Shown: positions 8,830 through 18,868, counted from the stretch's first letter. The stretch is DNA of 40,000 bases from Xanthomonas translucens pv. translucens DSM 18974 (GCF_900094325.1 NZ_LT604072.1), one strand, 5' to 3'. Translations and numbers: made by a program. Notes: generated from the sequence alone by a model not told the origin.

Positions 8830-9852
8830 TCACCGCTTCACATCGAACCGCGACGTCCCCACGCAGGCCTGCACGTCTGCTTCGCCCAGCGCATGGAAGT
8901 CGCCCGGCAGCGAGTGCTTCAGGCAGCCGGCGGCCAGGCCGAAGCGGATCGTGGCGGTGTCGTCCCAGCCCTGGCTCAGGCCGTGCAGCACGCCGGCGGC
9001 GAACGCATCGCCGCCGCCGATGCGATCGACGATGCCGGTCAATTCCTCGGCCGGCGCCTGCGCCACGCTGCCGTCGCGGCGCAGCAGCATCGCGCCCAGG
9101 CTGTGGTGATCCACGCTGTGCGCCACGCGCTGGGTGCAGGCCATCGCCTGCAGCTGCGGGAACGCGGCGAAGGCGTCGCGCGCACCGGCTTGCACCCGTG
9201 CCTGCGCACTGTCCTGCGGGTACTGGTGGCCCAGCACCACCCCCAGGTCGCGGTAGTCGGCGAACAGCACGTCGGCCTGCGCCAGTAGCTGGCGCAGGAT
9301 GCCCGGCGCGTCACCGTTCCAGGCCTCCCACAGTTTGGGCCGGTAGTTGCCGTCGAACGACACGCGCACGCCGAGGTCGCGCGCGCTGCGTGCCGCCGCC
9401 AGCGCCGCGGCCGCGCCGCGTTCGCCCAGCGCCGGGGTCACCCCGGATAGATGCAGCCAGTCCGCGCCGCGCAGCAGCGCCGGCCAGTCGTGGGCGTCCG
9501 CCTGGGCCAGCGCGAAGGCCGAGCCAGCGCGGTCGTAGGTGACTTCGCTGGGGCGGTGTCCGGCGCCGGTGGTCAGGAAGTACAGGCCCATGCGCCCGGG
9601 CACGAAGCGCACGCCGCGGGTGTCCACGCCGTGCCGGCGCAGCTCGCCGGCGGCCGCTTCGCCCAGCGGGTTGTCCGGCAGCACGCTGACCATCGCCACG
9701 TCGTGGCCGAAATGCGCCAGCGCCACGCCGACGTTGGCCTCGGCGCCGCCGACGTGCACGTCCAGCCGCGGCGACTGCAGCAGGCGTTCGTGGCCGGGGG
9801 CGCCCAGGCGCAGCAACAGTTCGCCGAAGCAGACGATGCGGGATGCGGTCAT
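8830..9852 (-). CDS. kdgK: 2-dehydro-3-deoxygluconokinase (PfkB-family sugar kinase)
   Basis: Start trimmed to ATG at 9852 (MTASRIVCFGELLLRL...). The N-terminal PfkB motif GGAEANVGVALAHFG and the C-terminal motif DRIGGGDAFAAGVLHG are present. The longer 410-aa ORF prefix is not protein-like. Confidence 0.85.
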   Translation of the reverse strand: MTASRIVCFGELLLRLGAPGHERLLQSPRLDVHVGGAEANVGVALAHFGHDVAMVSVLPDNPLGEAAAGELRRHGVDTRGVRFVPGRMGLYFLTTGAGHRPSEVTYDRAGSAFALAQADAHDWPALLRGADWLHLSGVTPALGERGAAAALAAARSARDLGVRVSFDGNYRPKLWEAWNGDAPGILRQLLAQADVLFADYRDLGVVLGHQYPQDSAQARVQAGARDAFAAFPQLQAMACTQRVAHSVDHHSLGAMLLRRDGSVAQAPAEELTGIVDRIGGGDAFAAGVLHGLSQGWDDTATIRFGLAAGCLKHSLPGDFHALGEADVQACVGTSRFDVKR

Positions 9853-10151
9853 GGCAGGAGGATCCTGATCGATCGAAGGGGAGGCCAAGCATGCCGGGAA
9901 CGGCGGCCACAGCCAAGTTTTTTGACTATCGGTGTCATTTTTCGCGGCGGCCAGGGGGCCAGCGTCGCAGCGGCTGCGCCAGGCCAGGCACGGCTTTGTG
10001 CCGAAAGCCCGCAAATTCGGCGCGGTTTCTGTTGCGCTGCAAGATGCCGCAATGTTTCGCAACTGTTAACGTCGATTTTGACCAGCGGTGTCATCCGCGG
10101 CAAACAGCCCGAAATATCACGCAGTTCATGTAACCCTTGGGAGGGGAGGAC

Positions 10152-12950
10152 ATGCAATCTCGCACTGAACGCCGGAAGACACCGGTTACCTTGCTCGCGC
10201 TCTCGATCGGACTGGCCCTGCAGGCCGGCATCGTCCAGGCACAGGACGTTCCCGCGACCGCCAGTGGTGCCACCGAGCCGGCCACCCAGCTCGACACGGT
10301 CACCGTCACCGGTTACCGCGCCAGCGTGGAGAAGGCGCTGGACATCAAGCGCGGCGAAGCCGGGGTGGTCGACGCCATCGTGGCCGAGGACGTCGGCAAG
10401 TTCCCCGACCTCAACCTGGCCGAATCGTTGCAGCGTATCCCCGGCGTGGTCATCACCCGCGAGGCGGGCGAGGGCCGCAGCATCTCGGTGCGCGGCCTCG
10501 GCCCGGACTTCACCCGGGTGCGCATCAACGGCATGGAAGCGCTGACCACGGTCGGCGCCGGCGACCAGAGCGGCGGCACCAATCGCGGCCGCGGCTTCGA
10601 CTTCAATGTGTTCGCCTCCGACCTGTTCTCGCAATTGATCGTGCGCAAGACCGCCTCGGCCGATGTCGAAGAAGGTTCGCTCGGCGCCACCGTCGACCTG
10701 AAGACCGCGCGCCCGTTCGACTACAGCGGCTTCACCTTCGTCGCCAGCGGCCAGGCCGGCTACAACGCGATGGCGCAGAAGGCCGATCCGCGCCTGGCCG
10801 CGCTGATCTCCAACACCTTCGCCGACGGCACCTTCGGCGCGCTGCTGTCGGTGGCCTACTCCGAGCGCCAGGCGCTGGAGGAAGGCTCCAACACCGGCCG
10901 CTGGGCCGGCGGCACCAGCAACGGCGGCTTCGCGGCGTCCTCGCCGTACGCGGCCGCGCGCGCGGCCAACGTCTACCAGCCGCGCTTCCCGCGCTACGTG
11001 CAGATGGAGCACGCGCAAAAGCGCCTGGGCGTGACCGGCTCGCTGCAGTGGAAGCCCAGCGACGCCACCGAGATCGCGCTGGATACGCTGTATTCCAAGA
11101 TCGACGCCGAGCGCGACGAACACTACATCGAAGCGATCTCCTTCAGCCGCAACCGCGATGCGGCCACCGGCGCGGCGCGGCGTCCCGACCGCGACGGCAA
11201 GCCCACCACCATCGTGCGCAACGGCGAGATCCGCAACAACGCGCTGGTCTACGGCGAGTTCGACAACGCCGACATCCGCAGCGAGAACCGCCACGACGAG
11301 TGGAACACCGTGTTCAAGCAGATCGGCCTCAGCGCGCAGCACCGCTTCAGCGACGACGTCACCCTGTCCGGCAAGGTCGGCACCTCGCGCTCCAGGCACG
11401 AGAACCCGGTGCAGACCACCATCATCATGGACAAGTACGACGTCGATGGTTACAGCTACGACTACCGCGGCAACAGCCGTGCGCCGGTGATCAACTACGG
11501 TATCGACACCACCGATCCGCGTGGCTGGGAACTGGCCGAGATCCGCCTGCGTCCGCAGTACGTGGACAACGACTTCGACACCGGCCAGATCGACTTCAAC
11601 TGGAACATCAGTCCCGGCTTCCGGCTCAAGGGCGGCGTGCTGGCCAAGGACTACACCTTCAAGACCGTGGAACTGCGCCGCGCCTCGGAAAGCACCGTGC
11701 CCAACTTCGCCAATGGCACCAAGCTCGTGCCGGTGGACATGACCGGGCAGGCCGGACTCAAGGGCATCGCCGGCAGCCCGTCGAACTGGGTGATCCCGGA
11801 TCTGAACGCCTTCGTCGATGGCTTCGACCTCTACAGCAACAGCGGTCTGTTCGCCGTCGCCCCGCGCAGCAACAACAGCCGCAGGGTGGAAGAGAAGGAC
11901 CGCGGCGCCTACCTGATGGGCGAGTTCTCCACCGACCTGGGCAACATTCCGCTGTCGGGCAACATCGGCGTGCGCTACGTGCGCACCAAGCAGGCCTCCA
12001 CCGGCTATGCGCTGATCAACAACGTGCCGACCCAGACCACGGTCGAGCGCAGCTACGACGACACCTTGCCCTCGTTCAACCTGGTCGCCGAGGTCACCCC
12101 GGACTTCCTGATCCGCCTGGGCGCGGCCAAAGTGATGACCCGCCCGGGCCTGGGCAGCCTGACCCCGGGCGTGACCGTCGCCGTGGCCGGCGGCGCGCGC
12201 ACCGTCAGCGGCGGCAACCCGGATCTGGACCCGATCCGCGCCACCAACGTCGACCTGGGTTTCGAGTGGTACTTCGACGAAGGCGCCATGGCCGGCGTCG
12301 GCCTGTTCTACAAGGACATCGACAGCTTCATCCAGACCGCGCGCGAAGTGCGTCCGTATTCCAGCAGCGGCCTGCCGGCATCGCTGCTCGACGGCACCAA
12401 CGCCTCGGTCAACGACGATTTCACCTTCAGCATCCCGCTCAACACCCCCGGCGGCAAGCTCAAGGGCGTGGAAGCCAACTACATCCAGCCCTTCACCTTC
12501 CTGCCCGGCAAGTGGTCCAACCTGGGCGTGCAGTTGAACTACACCTGGGTCGATTCGCAGATCCAGTACCTGGACAACACCGGCAAGCCGGTGATGAAGA
12601 ACGACCTCACCGGCCTGTCCAAGTCCTCATGGAACGCCACCGTGTTCTACGAAGGCGAGGTGTTCTCCGGGCGCGTCTCGGCCACCAACCGCGACGACTA
12701 CTTGACCCAGGCGCCGGGCACCGAAGCCGGCTTCAACGTCGACGGCACCCACGGCATGACCGGCACCACCGTCATCGACGCCTCGCTGCGCTACAGGATC
12801 AGCGAGCAGCTGGAACTGAGCCTGGAAGGCATCAACCTGACCAACGAAGCGTCCGACGAGTGGGTGTACTCGCCGACCACCGGGCGCCTGCCGCTGCAAT
12901 ACACCGAAACCGGCCGCCAGTACCTGCTCGGCGTGCGCTACAAGTTCTGA
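10152..12950 (+). CDS. TonB-dependent receptor (outer-membrane transporter), carbohydrate-locus type
   Basis: ATG at 10152 is preceded by GGAGGGGAGGA. It has a signal peptide ending AQAQ, a plug region (DTVTVTGYR, VDAIVAEDVGKFPDLNLAESLQRIPGV) and a C-terminal beta-barrel ending LLGVRYKF. Confidence 0.9.
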   Translation: MQSRTERRKTPVTLLALSIGLALQAGIVQAQDVPATASGATEPATQLDTVTVTGYRASVEKALDIKRGEAGVVDAIVAEDVGKFPDLNLAESLQRIPGVVITREAGEGRSISVRGLGPDFTRVRINGMEALTTVGAGDQSGGTNRGRGFDFNVFASDLFSQLIVRKTASADVEEGSLGATVDLKTARPFDYSGFTFVASGQAGYNAMAQKADPRLAALISNTFADGTFGALLSVAYSERQALEEGSNTGRWAGGTSNGGFAASSPYAAARAANVYQPRFPRYVQMEHAQKRLGVTGSLQWKPSDATEIALDTLYSKIDAERDEHYIEAISFSRNRDAATGAARRPDRDGKPTTIVRNGEIRNNALVYGEFDNADIRSENRHDEWNTVFKQIGLSAQHRFSDDVTLSGKVGTSRSRHENPVQTTIIMDKYDVDGYSYDYRGNSRAPVINYGIDTTDPRGWELAEIRLRPQYVDNDFDTGQIDFNWNISPGFRLKGGVLAKDYTFKTVELRRASESTVPNFANGTKLVPVDMTGQAGLKGIAGSPSNWVIPDLNAFVDGFDLYSNSGLFAVAPRSNNSRRVEEKDRGAYLMGEFSTDLGNIPLSGNIGVRYVRTKQASTGYALINNVPTQTTVERSYDDTLPSFNLVAEVTPDFLIRLGAAKVMTRPGLGSLTPGVTVAVAGGARTVSGGNPDLDPIRATNVDLGFEWYFDEGAMAGVGLFYKDIDSFIQTAREVRPYSSSGLPASLLDGTNASVNDDFTFSIPLNTPGGKLKGVEANYIQPFTFLPGKWSNLGVQLNYTWVDSQIQYLDNTGKPVMKNDLTGLSKSSWNATVFYEGEVFSGRVSATNRDDYLTQAPGTEAGFNVDGTHGMTGTTVIDASLRYRISEQLELSLEGINLTNEASDEWVYSPTTGRLPLQYTETGRQYLLGVRYKF

Positions 12951-13136
12951 GTCACACGCCCGCTGGTGTCGCGTGGCCCCGCGCGGCCCCCGCCATGCCC
13001 GCTGCCTGCATACTCGCCGGATCGGGGCTAGGGAGGATCGCCGTGCGGCGGCACGTGCGCACGGCGATCGCAAAGGAGCGATATGGAAGACGCAATCCGC
13101 CGCAGCGCCGCGCGCGCTGCCGCCATCTTGTTCCCC

Positions 13137-13160
13137 TGTAGGAGCGGCTTCAGCCGCGAC
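13137..13160 (+). repeat. Single REP unit TGTAGGAGCGGCTTCAGCCGCGAC
   Basis: Exact match to the window's REP family. It lies in the TBDR/LamG intergenic region, which argues against the 13083 ORF start. Confidence 0.85.
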
Positions 13161-13211
13161 AAGCACTCCCCGTCCCGCGATCCCGCGCCGCCCGCGCGCC
13201 GCTGCGCACGG

Positions 13212-16200
13212 ATGGGTCTCGAAACCCCCACGAATACCGGCAATCGCATCCTGGCCCGCTGCCTGGTCATGCTGTCCTGCCTCGCACTCCCGGCCTTCGC
13301 CGCCCCCGCACCCACCAGCAGCGCCCCCGACCTGCTGTTCCGCGTCTCCGCCGACCACGGCTTCGACGCCGACATCGCCCAGGGCGACGCCACCCCCAAC
13401 GTCCGCGACAAGGTCGCGCTCGTCGCCACCGGCGTGAAGGGCAACGCGATCGCCTGGGCCGACGACGGCGTCCTCGCCTGGAACGCCCCCGGCAACCTCT
13501 ACACCCAGCGCGGCACGCTCTCCTTCTTCTGGCGCGCGCGCGATCCGGTCGGCGAAGCCCCGTTCGTGATCTTCCGCGTCGGCTACGCCGACCACAGCAG
13601 CTGGGACATGGCCTGGCTGCGCATCGACTGGAACGGCCACGGCTTCGACGCCTTCGTCACCGACGCCAACCTGGCGCGCACCCGCGTGTCGTTCACCCTC
13701 GACAAGAACCCCACCGCCAGCCAATGGACCCACCTCGCCTTCGCCTGGGACGAAACCCGCGGCGTGCGCCTGTATGTGGACGGCAAGGACGCCGCGCGCG
13801 CCGACTGCGCGCAAGCCTGCGCCGACGGCGGCGCGCTCGACTTCGACGCCGCGCTCGACCAACTCGGCCTGGCCGGGCGGGTGATGGCCCCCCACCAGGT
13901 GCAGAGCCGCTACAACTTCCTGCGCGGCAGCGACTTCGACGAGATCCGCATCTACGACCGCATGCTCGACGCCGCCGGCGCCGCGGCCCTGGCGCGCCAG
14001 CAGGAACCGCGCAGCGCTGAACCGCCGCGCGCCGACGCCGCGCGCAACGCCTGGCTGCACCGCTACGGCTGGGACCACGGCCACGCGCCCCCCGTGCTGG
14101 ACGCGCCGTCCACCCGCATCCGCAAGGTCGAATTCGCCGATGCCAGGGACCTCAAGCAGTGGATGTGGAAAGCCACCGACGGCATCGCCGAGACCACCTG
14201 GCCCGGCGTCTACAACCGCTCGCGCCTGCCCGGCCGCAACGACTACTTCCAGTTGCCGGATTGGAACACCTACGTCGAAGGCGGCAAGGCGCTGGACCTG
14301 GCCCTGCCCGACGAACCGTTCAACCGCATCGAACTGCGCGGCGCCGCTGACGGCCAGGCCAGCTACGCCGCCGCCGGCGCCACACTCGCGCCGCTGTTCC
14401 AGCGCACGCAAGGCACCGTGCGCAGCGTCGATCAGTTCGAGCGCCGCCGCGGCGGCCGCCTGCGCTTCACCAACACCGCGCAGGAAACCCCGATCCAGGA
14501 AATCTGGGCCTACGACGTCAGCGCCGGCGCGCCGCCGTCCGACCCCAGCGCCACCCTCAGCTACACCGTGCGCAGCGACATCGCCCCCGACTACGCCAAC
14601 CTCGCCGCCTTGCGCAGCGACATCGCCGGACGCTATCCGCAGGGCGAGCGCAGCACCGTGGTCGCCCTGCCGAGCAAGGCGCCGGCGCGCAAGCGCAGCG
14701 CCGAAACATCCGCAGCGCCGCCGTTGCCCATCGTGCACGTGCTGATCCCCTCCAGCCTCGGCGACGCCCCGCCGGACCAGCCGCTGATGCGCAGCTGGTC
14801 CTACGGCTGGGAAAACATGCACGACGGCCTGGACGGCATCGCCATCGACCTGCCGGCGCTGGACCTGCCCGCCACCCACGACGGCCTGATCCCGCTCAAC
14901 CTCCGCATCAAGGACCCGATCTGGCCGGCGCGCGACATGCTCGACGTGTCGGTATCGGTCAAGCCCGGCCAGCCGCGCACGCTGTGGCTGGACCTGCGCG
15001 ACCGCATCCTGAGCAACGACAGCCTGATGCTCAGCATCGCCTCCGCCGCGCCCGGCTTCGACACGCGCGCGCTGGACGGCGCGCAACTGCGCCTGCTGTT
15101 CAAGCCGCGCGACCAGGCCAAGGCCGAACACATCGCCGACCGCTTCAACCAGGTCAAGGACAACTGGGGCTTCCTGGTCGAGGAACACACCACCTCCAAG
15201 CGCCAGCGGCTGTACGCGCGCCTGGATGCCGACATCGGCGACCTGCTGCGCGTGGACCCGGATAACGCGCTCGCCCGCCAATACTGGAACGACATCGGCT
15301 ACGGCAACCAGAGCGCGCTGCCGGTGGACCTGCCCACCCCGCCCAAGGGCGTGCCGGCCTGGGCATTCTGGCAACTGGAAGACCTCAAGGCCACGCGCCG
15401 CTACATCCGCTGGTGGATCGACGAGCGGCAAGTGGATTACGGCGATTTCGGCGGCGGCATCTCCGACGATTCCGACCTCACCCAGCAATGGCCCGGCGTC
15501 GCCCTGATGGGCGTGGACCCGGATCTACTCAACGCCTCGCTGACCGCGCTGTCCGACGCCAACTACCGCAACGGCATGTTCACCGACGGCCTGTCCACCA
15601 TCGAGACCGACGAACTGCATGCCTACGAAGAAGGCATCAACCTCAACAGCGCCATGCTCTACCTCAACTGGGGCGACCCGCTCACCGTCGAGCGCCTGAT
15701 GCGCACGGTGAAGGCCTTCGAGCGCATCATCCAGGTCAACCCACAAGGCCACCTGCTGTTCGCCAGCAACTGGTTCGGCGGGCGCAAGGTCTACCGCGAG
15801 CCGAACTGGCAGTGGCAGAAACCCTATTCGTTCCCGGTACTGCACCCGGCCCTGCTACTCGGCGGCTACAACGCCGACCCCAACAGCCGCCGCATCGTCA
15901 CCGGCCTGGCCGACGGCTACCTCGCCTACGCGTACACCAATGCCAAGGGCCAATGGGCGCTGCCCAACGAGATCAACTGGAAGACCGGCAACACCCGCGG
16001 CGGCGAACTGTTCGAAGGCAGCGGCGGCGCCGACACCCTGCACACCTTCTGGGCCGCCTGGCGCTGGACCGGCGAAGCGCGCTACCTCAAACCCATCGAC
16101 TACCGCGTCGCCAACGCCGGCCCGGCGGGCCTGTCGCTGCTCAACGAAAATTTCCTGGACCTGCTCGGCAAACGCGACAGCTGGGGCGCCGACCTGGCCA

Positions 16201-17081
16201 AGGCCGCCGCTAAACCTGATGCCGTCCCCGACTTCGCCCACCACGCGGCCTGGGAAGCCACGGGCGACACCGCCTGGCTGGCAACCCTGTACCGCGCCGA
16301 GACCCGCGACAAGTTGCAGAGCTTCTACATGAACACCGAAGGCCACTGGTGGAGCGACCGCGTCGAATCGCCCACCGTGCACCTGCAGCGCGCCCGCCTG
16401 GGCGGCGTGGCGCTCAAGCGCAACCAGACCTACCCCGGCCACACCGTCAGCTGGCGCTTCGCCGACCCCGAAGGCGCCGTGCAGGTGGCCCTGCTGCTGC
16501 CCAAACCGCGGCAGGACCGCTTCACCGTCATCGGCTACAACACCAGCGGCACGCTGCAGCGGGCGCAGATGACCGGCTGGAATGTGGCCGCCGGGCAATG
16601 GCGCATGCGCTCGGGCCTCGATCGCGATGGCGACGGGCGCATCGACGGCAACGCCGCCACGCGCGAGTTCGCGTTCGAAAAGAGCGGGGCGGTGGAGGTG
16701 GAATTCCCGGCTGGCAAGACGGTGGTGATGGAGTTCGAACTCATCGAGCCTGCGGCGGTGCCGGTGGAGCATCGGCCGGATCTGGGGATTGGGCGTGGCG
16801 ATGTGCGGGTGAGCGCGGGGGCTATCGAGGTCACCGTGCACAGTCTTGGTCATGCGGATGCGCCAGGGGGATTCGTGGTGCTGGAAGACGCGCGTGGCCG
16901 GGAAGTGGCGCGGGCGGCGTTTCCTGCGTTGGAGGCGCCGCGGGATTTGGAGCCTAGGACTGCGAAGGTGCGGTTGGCGTTGCCAGCTGGTGTAATTGGC
17001 AAGGAAGCGCGTTTGCGTGTGATGACGGAAGTAGAGGTTGCGGAAGTCACGCAGCTCAACAATTCGATGAAGTTACCGTGA
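13212..17081 (+). CDS. Large secreted LamG/concanavalin-like domain protein of unknown enzymatic function (1289 aa)
   Basis: ATG at 13212 gives a signal peptide (ILARCLVMLSCLALPAFAAP). The N-terminal region (GTLSFFWRA...WTHLAFAWDETRGVRLYVDG) has the Laminin_G_3 pattern. The remainder is not recognised. It is co-oriented directly after the TBDR. Confidence 0.8.
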   Translation: MGLETPTNTGNRILARCLVMLSCLALPAFAAPAPTSSAPDLLFRVSADHGFDADIAQGDATPNVRDKVALVATGVKGNAIAWADDGVLAWNAPGNLYTQRGTLSFFWRARDPVGEAPFVIFRVGYADHSSWDMAWLRIDWNGHGFDAFVTDANLARTRVSFTLDKNPTASQWTHLAFAWDETRGVRLYVDGKDAARADCAQACADGGALDFDAALDQLGLAGRVMAPHQVQSRYNFLRGSDFDEIRIYDRMLDAAGAAALARQQEPRSAEPPRADAARNAWLHRYGWDHGHAPPVLDAPSTRIRKVEFADARDLKQWMWKATDGIAETTWPGVYNRSRLPGRNDYFQLPDWNTYVEGGKALDLALPDEPFNRIELRGAADGQASYAAAGATLAPLFQRTQGTVRSVDQFERRRGGRLRFTNTAQETPIQEIWAYDVSAGAPPSDPSATLSYTVRSDIAPDYANLAALRSDIAGRYPQGERSTVVALPSKAPARKRSAETSAAPPLPIVHVLIPSSLGDAPPDQPLMRSWSYGWENMHDGLDGIAIDLPALDLPATHDGLIPLNLRIKDPIWPARDMLDVSVSVKPGQPRTLWLDLRDRILSNDSLMLSIASAAPGFDTRALDGAQLRLLFKPRDQAKAEHIADRFNQVKDNWGFLVEEHTTSKRQRLYARLDADIGDLLRVDPDNALARQYWNDIGYGNQSALPVDLPTPPKGVPAWAFWQLEDLKATRRYIRWWIDERQVDYGDFGGGISDDSDLTQQWPGVALMGVDPDLLNASLTALSDANYRNGMFTDGLSTIETDELHAYEEGINLNSAMLYLNWGDPLTVERLMRTVKAFERIIQVNPQGHLLFASNWFGGRKVYREPNWQWQKPYSFPVLHPALLLGGYNADPNSRRIVTGLADGYLAYAYTNAKGQWALPNEINWKTGNTRGGELFEGSGGADTLHTFWAAWRWTGEARYLKPIDYRVANAGPAGLSLLNENFLDLLGKRDSWGADLAKAAAKPDAVPDFAHHAAWEATGDTAWLATLYRAETRDKLQSFYMNTEGHWWSDRVESPTVHLQRARLGGVALKRNQTYPGHTVSWRFADPEGAVQVALLLPKPRQDRFTVIGYNTSGTLQRAQMTGWNVAAGQWRMRSGLDRDGDGRIDGNAATREFAFEKSGAVEVEFPAGKTVVMEFELIEPAAVPVEHRPDLGIGRGDVRVSAGAIEVTVHSLGHADAPGGFVVLEDARGREVARAAFPALEAPRDLEPRTAKVRLALPAGVIGKEARLRVMTEVEVAEVTQLNNSMKLP

Positions 17082-17500
17082 TCGAGAGAGGTATGCGCGA
17101 GTAAAAAGCACCAGCAACGCCGCTGCAAGGAAGAGCAAAACGCCTCGCACGATGACGCTAGCATTTGTCTCCCAGCGCCGCCGCGAGTCGTGATACAACA
17201 GGATCGTCAATTCAGGGAGGGTGCATGCATGGGCTTATTGACCAGCGGCAATCACTTGCGGCGTCCATCATCAATAAGCGCGCGATTATCCAATTAGATG
17301 GGTAGCCAAGGGCGCTATTGAAGTGCTTCTACAGCGAACTCACCTCATGCGCAATCGATAAACGGGACTCTGAAAGATCCTTCCAACACATTGACCCTTA
17401 AGCACCAATGTGTGGCTACGCTTGGACTGGGGTGTGAATTTACCAATATCTCAGTCTGTGAGATGGAATAGATTTAGAATAATACTTAACGGGGGAGTAA

Positions 17501-18406
17501 ATGCAAGCAACTTATTATCAATACTACTTCACCAAAGGGAACGGCCAGAAAAAATACTCCGCAGATCTGCGAAATTTCCTGCAGAAGTATTGTTCATGGA
17601 AAATTCCAGTGTTTAAGTCCCAGTTCGAGCATGCAGGTGAGCGTCTTTATCTAGTACATACAGTTGGCGACCAATACTTGTTCCTGCACACACTGGATAA
17701 GGAAATAATTAAGAAAATTGACTCGAAAAACCTCACTTTGGCTGATCTTAAATCACACCTTGCTGGAGACTCTGCCGGCTTTGCTTCATATGTAAATTTC
17801 CGAGGAGACTTTTTTGGTATTGCTTGTAAAGTGCTTTCGCCTCGAGGTGCGACCTTCGCAAGCTATATTAACCAGGTAATTGAGGCGTTGAATCTCCCTT
17901 ATAAGTTCCACGCGGTCGCTCTTACGCATCAAATGCAGCGAAAAGATATTTCGAAACTCAGTCGTGTAGGGAAAATTACGGTTGAGCTTCAGAGGGACAA
18001 TAAGCTTCACGAAGACTTAGTTGAGTTTATTAGTGGTCAAACCGGACAGAATTATGCGGAAGTCGGTCCCGTTGAAATAACGATTCGGCCAGAAAAGAGG
18101 CTCGGAAACATTAAAGCGATTTTACAAGGTGTTTCTTCGCAAATAGGTCAGAAAGGTGTTTCTGACTTTGAAGCTCGGGCAGTCACCGCCCTTGCTGATA
18201 AAGTTATTGATGTATATTTGGTGGGAGAGGGCGCAGTGCGCCATTCAATTAGTGGCGATACAGATGCAAAGATTCAGGCAGATTTTGACAAGCAGATGAG
18301 CCGAAATGCGCTGTTGCAAGAAAAGCTCAAGGAAATGAGATCTAACGTCAATGTACAGAAAACTACGTTTGCTGACCTTGATAGTCCTGCTAAGCCACGG
18401 AATTAG
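17501..18406 (+). CDS. RexA-like protein (phage lambda exclusion/abortive-infection sensor component homologue)
   Basis: 301-aa soluble protein with GGGGGAG SD 5 nt upstream, strongly AT-rich. Blocks RLYLVHTVGDQYLFLHT and DLKSHLAGDSAGFASYVNFRGDFFGIA align with remembered lambda RexA YLYIHKIDGKTFLFTKT and DIKNSLADDESLGFPSFLFVEGDTIGFA. Length is similar (279 aa in lambda). Confidence 0.65.
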   Translation: MQATYYQYYFTKGNGQKKYSADLRNFLQKYCSWKIPVFKSQFEHAGERLYLVHTVGDQYLFLHTLDKEIIKKIDSKNLTLADLKSHLAGDSAGFASYVNFRGDFFGIACKVLSPRGATFASYINQVIEALNLPYKFHAVALTHQMQRKDISKLSRVGKITVELQRDNKLHEDLVEFISGQTGQNYAEVGPVEITIRPEKRLGNIKAILQGVSSQIGQKGVSDFEARAVTALADKVIDVYLVGEGAVRHSISGDTDAKIQADFDKQMSRNALLQEKLKEMRSNVNVQKTTFADLDSPAKPRN

Positions 18407-18812
18407 CTACTGTGCCACATTCCTTATTCCCTCTGGGACGTCGGTAACCATTACGAGTGTTCCAGGGCGTATTGAGTCATTGGCAGCATTGCTAGCTAGT
18501 TTCGCGTTTACGATGCTCGGCTTTTTAGCAGCATTGTTGGCGCTATTCGGAATAATGTCCGGCTCATCATTGTTGGCTGGGTATAAGAAACACGGACATT
18601 TGACTGTCTTGTTGCTAGTAATTGGTATAACTATGGTTGAGCTTGTTTTTACATTTGGAGCTTCCTTAGGTTTATATTTCACTCCGCTAACAGATGGGTA
18701 TGCCAAATTTATGGCCTGGCTTGTTACAACAAACTTTGTGATGCTATTAGTGAGCACCCTTCCAGTTATTATGCTGGTTAAAGGTACACTTGATAGTATC
18801 AAGCACGAATAA
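18351..18812 (+). CDS. RexB-like small four-helix membrane protein
   Basis: 153 aa with four hydrophobic segments (about residues 5-26, 43-69, 84-110 and 119-142). It overlaps the rexA-like gene by 56 nt. YKKHGHLTVLLLVIGITMVELVFTF resembles remembered lambda RexB REYGYMTSVVIVYALSFVELGALFF (144 aa, 4 TM). Confidence 0.65.
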   Translation: MYRKLRLLTLIVLLSHGISYCATFLIPSGTSVTITSVPGRIESLAALLASFAFTMLGFLAALLALFGIMSGSSLLAGYKKHGHLTVLLLVIGITMVELVFTFGASLGLYFTPLTDGYAKFMAWLVTTNFVMLLVSTLPVIMLVKGTLDSIKHE

Positions 18813-18850
18813 AAATTCGACTGCATTCGCAATATAGGTGCAACAAAGAA

Positions 18851-18868
18851 CAAGGGGCCGGAGGTAAT
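18851..18868. repeat. Solitary left-arm-like copy (CAAGGGGCCGGAGGTAAT) of the island palindromic element
   Basis: Matches the left arm CAAAGGGGCCAGAGGAAAT of elements A-D. No matching right arm occurs nearby. Confidence 0.4.

Noticed and set aside
13083-13211. Upstream extension of the LamG gene (ORF start 13083)
   Set aside because: It reads through a REP unit (CRSGFSRD translation artefact). The ATG at 13212 gives a proper signal peptide.
12627-15488. 953-aa minus-strand ORF antisense to the TBDR and LamG genes, and similar giants at 32160..34622 (820 aa), 36189..38174 (661 aa), 9849..11399 (516 aa) and 15855..16853
   Set aside because: These are typical stop-codon-poor antisense frames of high-GC DNA. 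Their translations are Arg/Ala/Gly/Val low-complexity without motifs. The opposite strand carries well-supported genes. The 820-aa ORF even runs through queH and IS debris.
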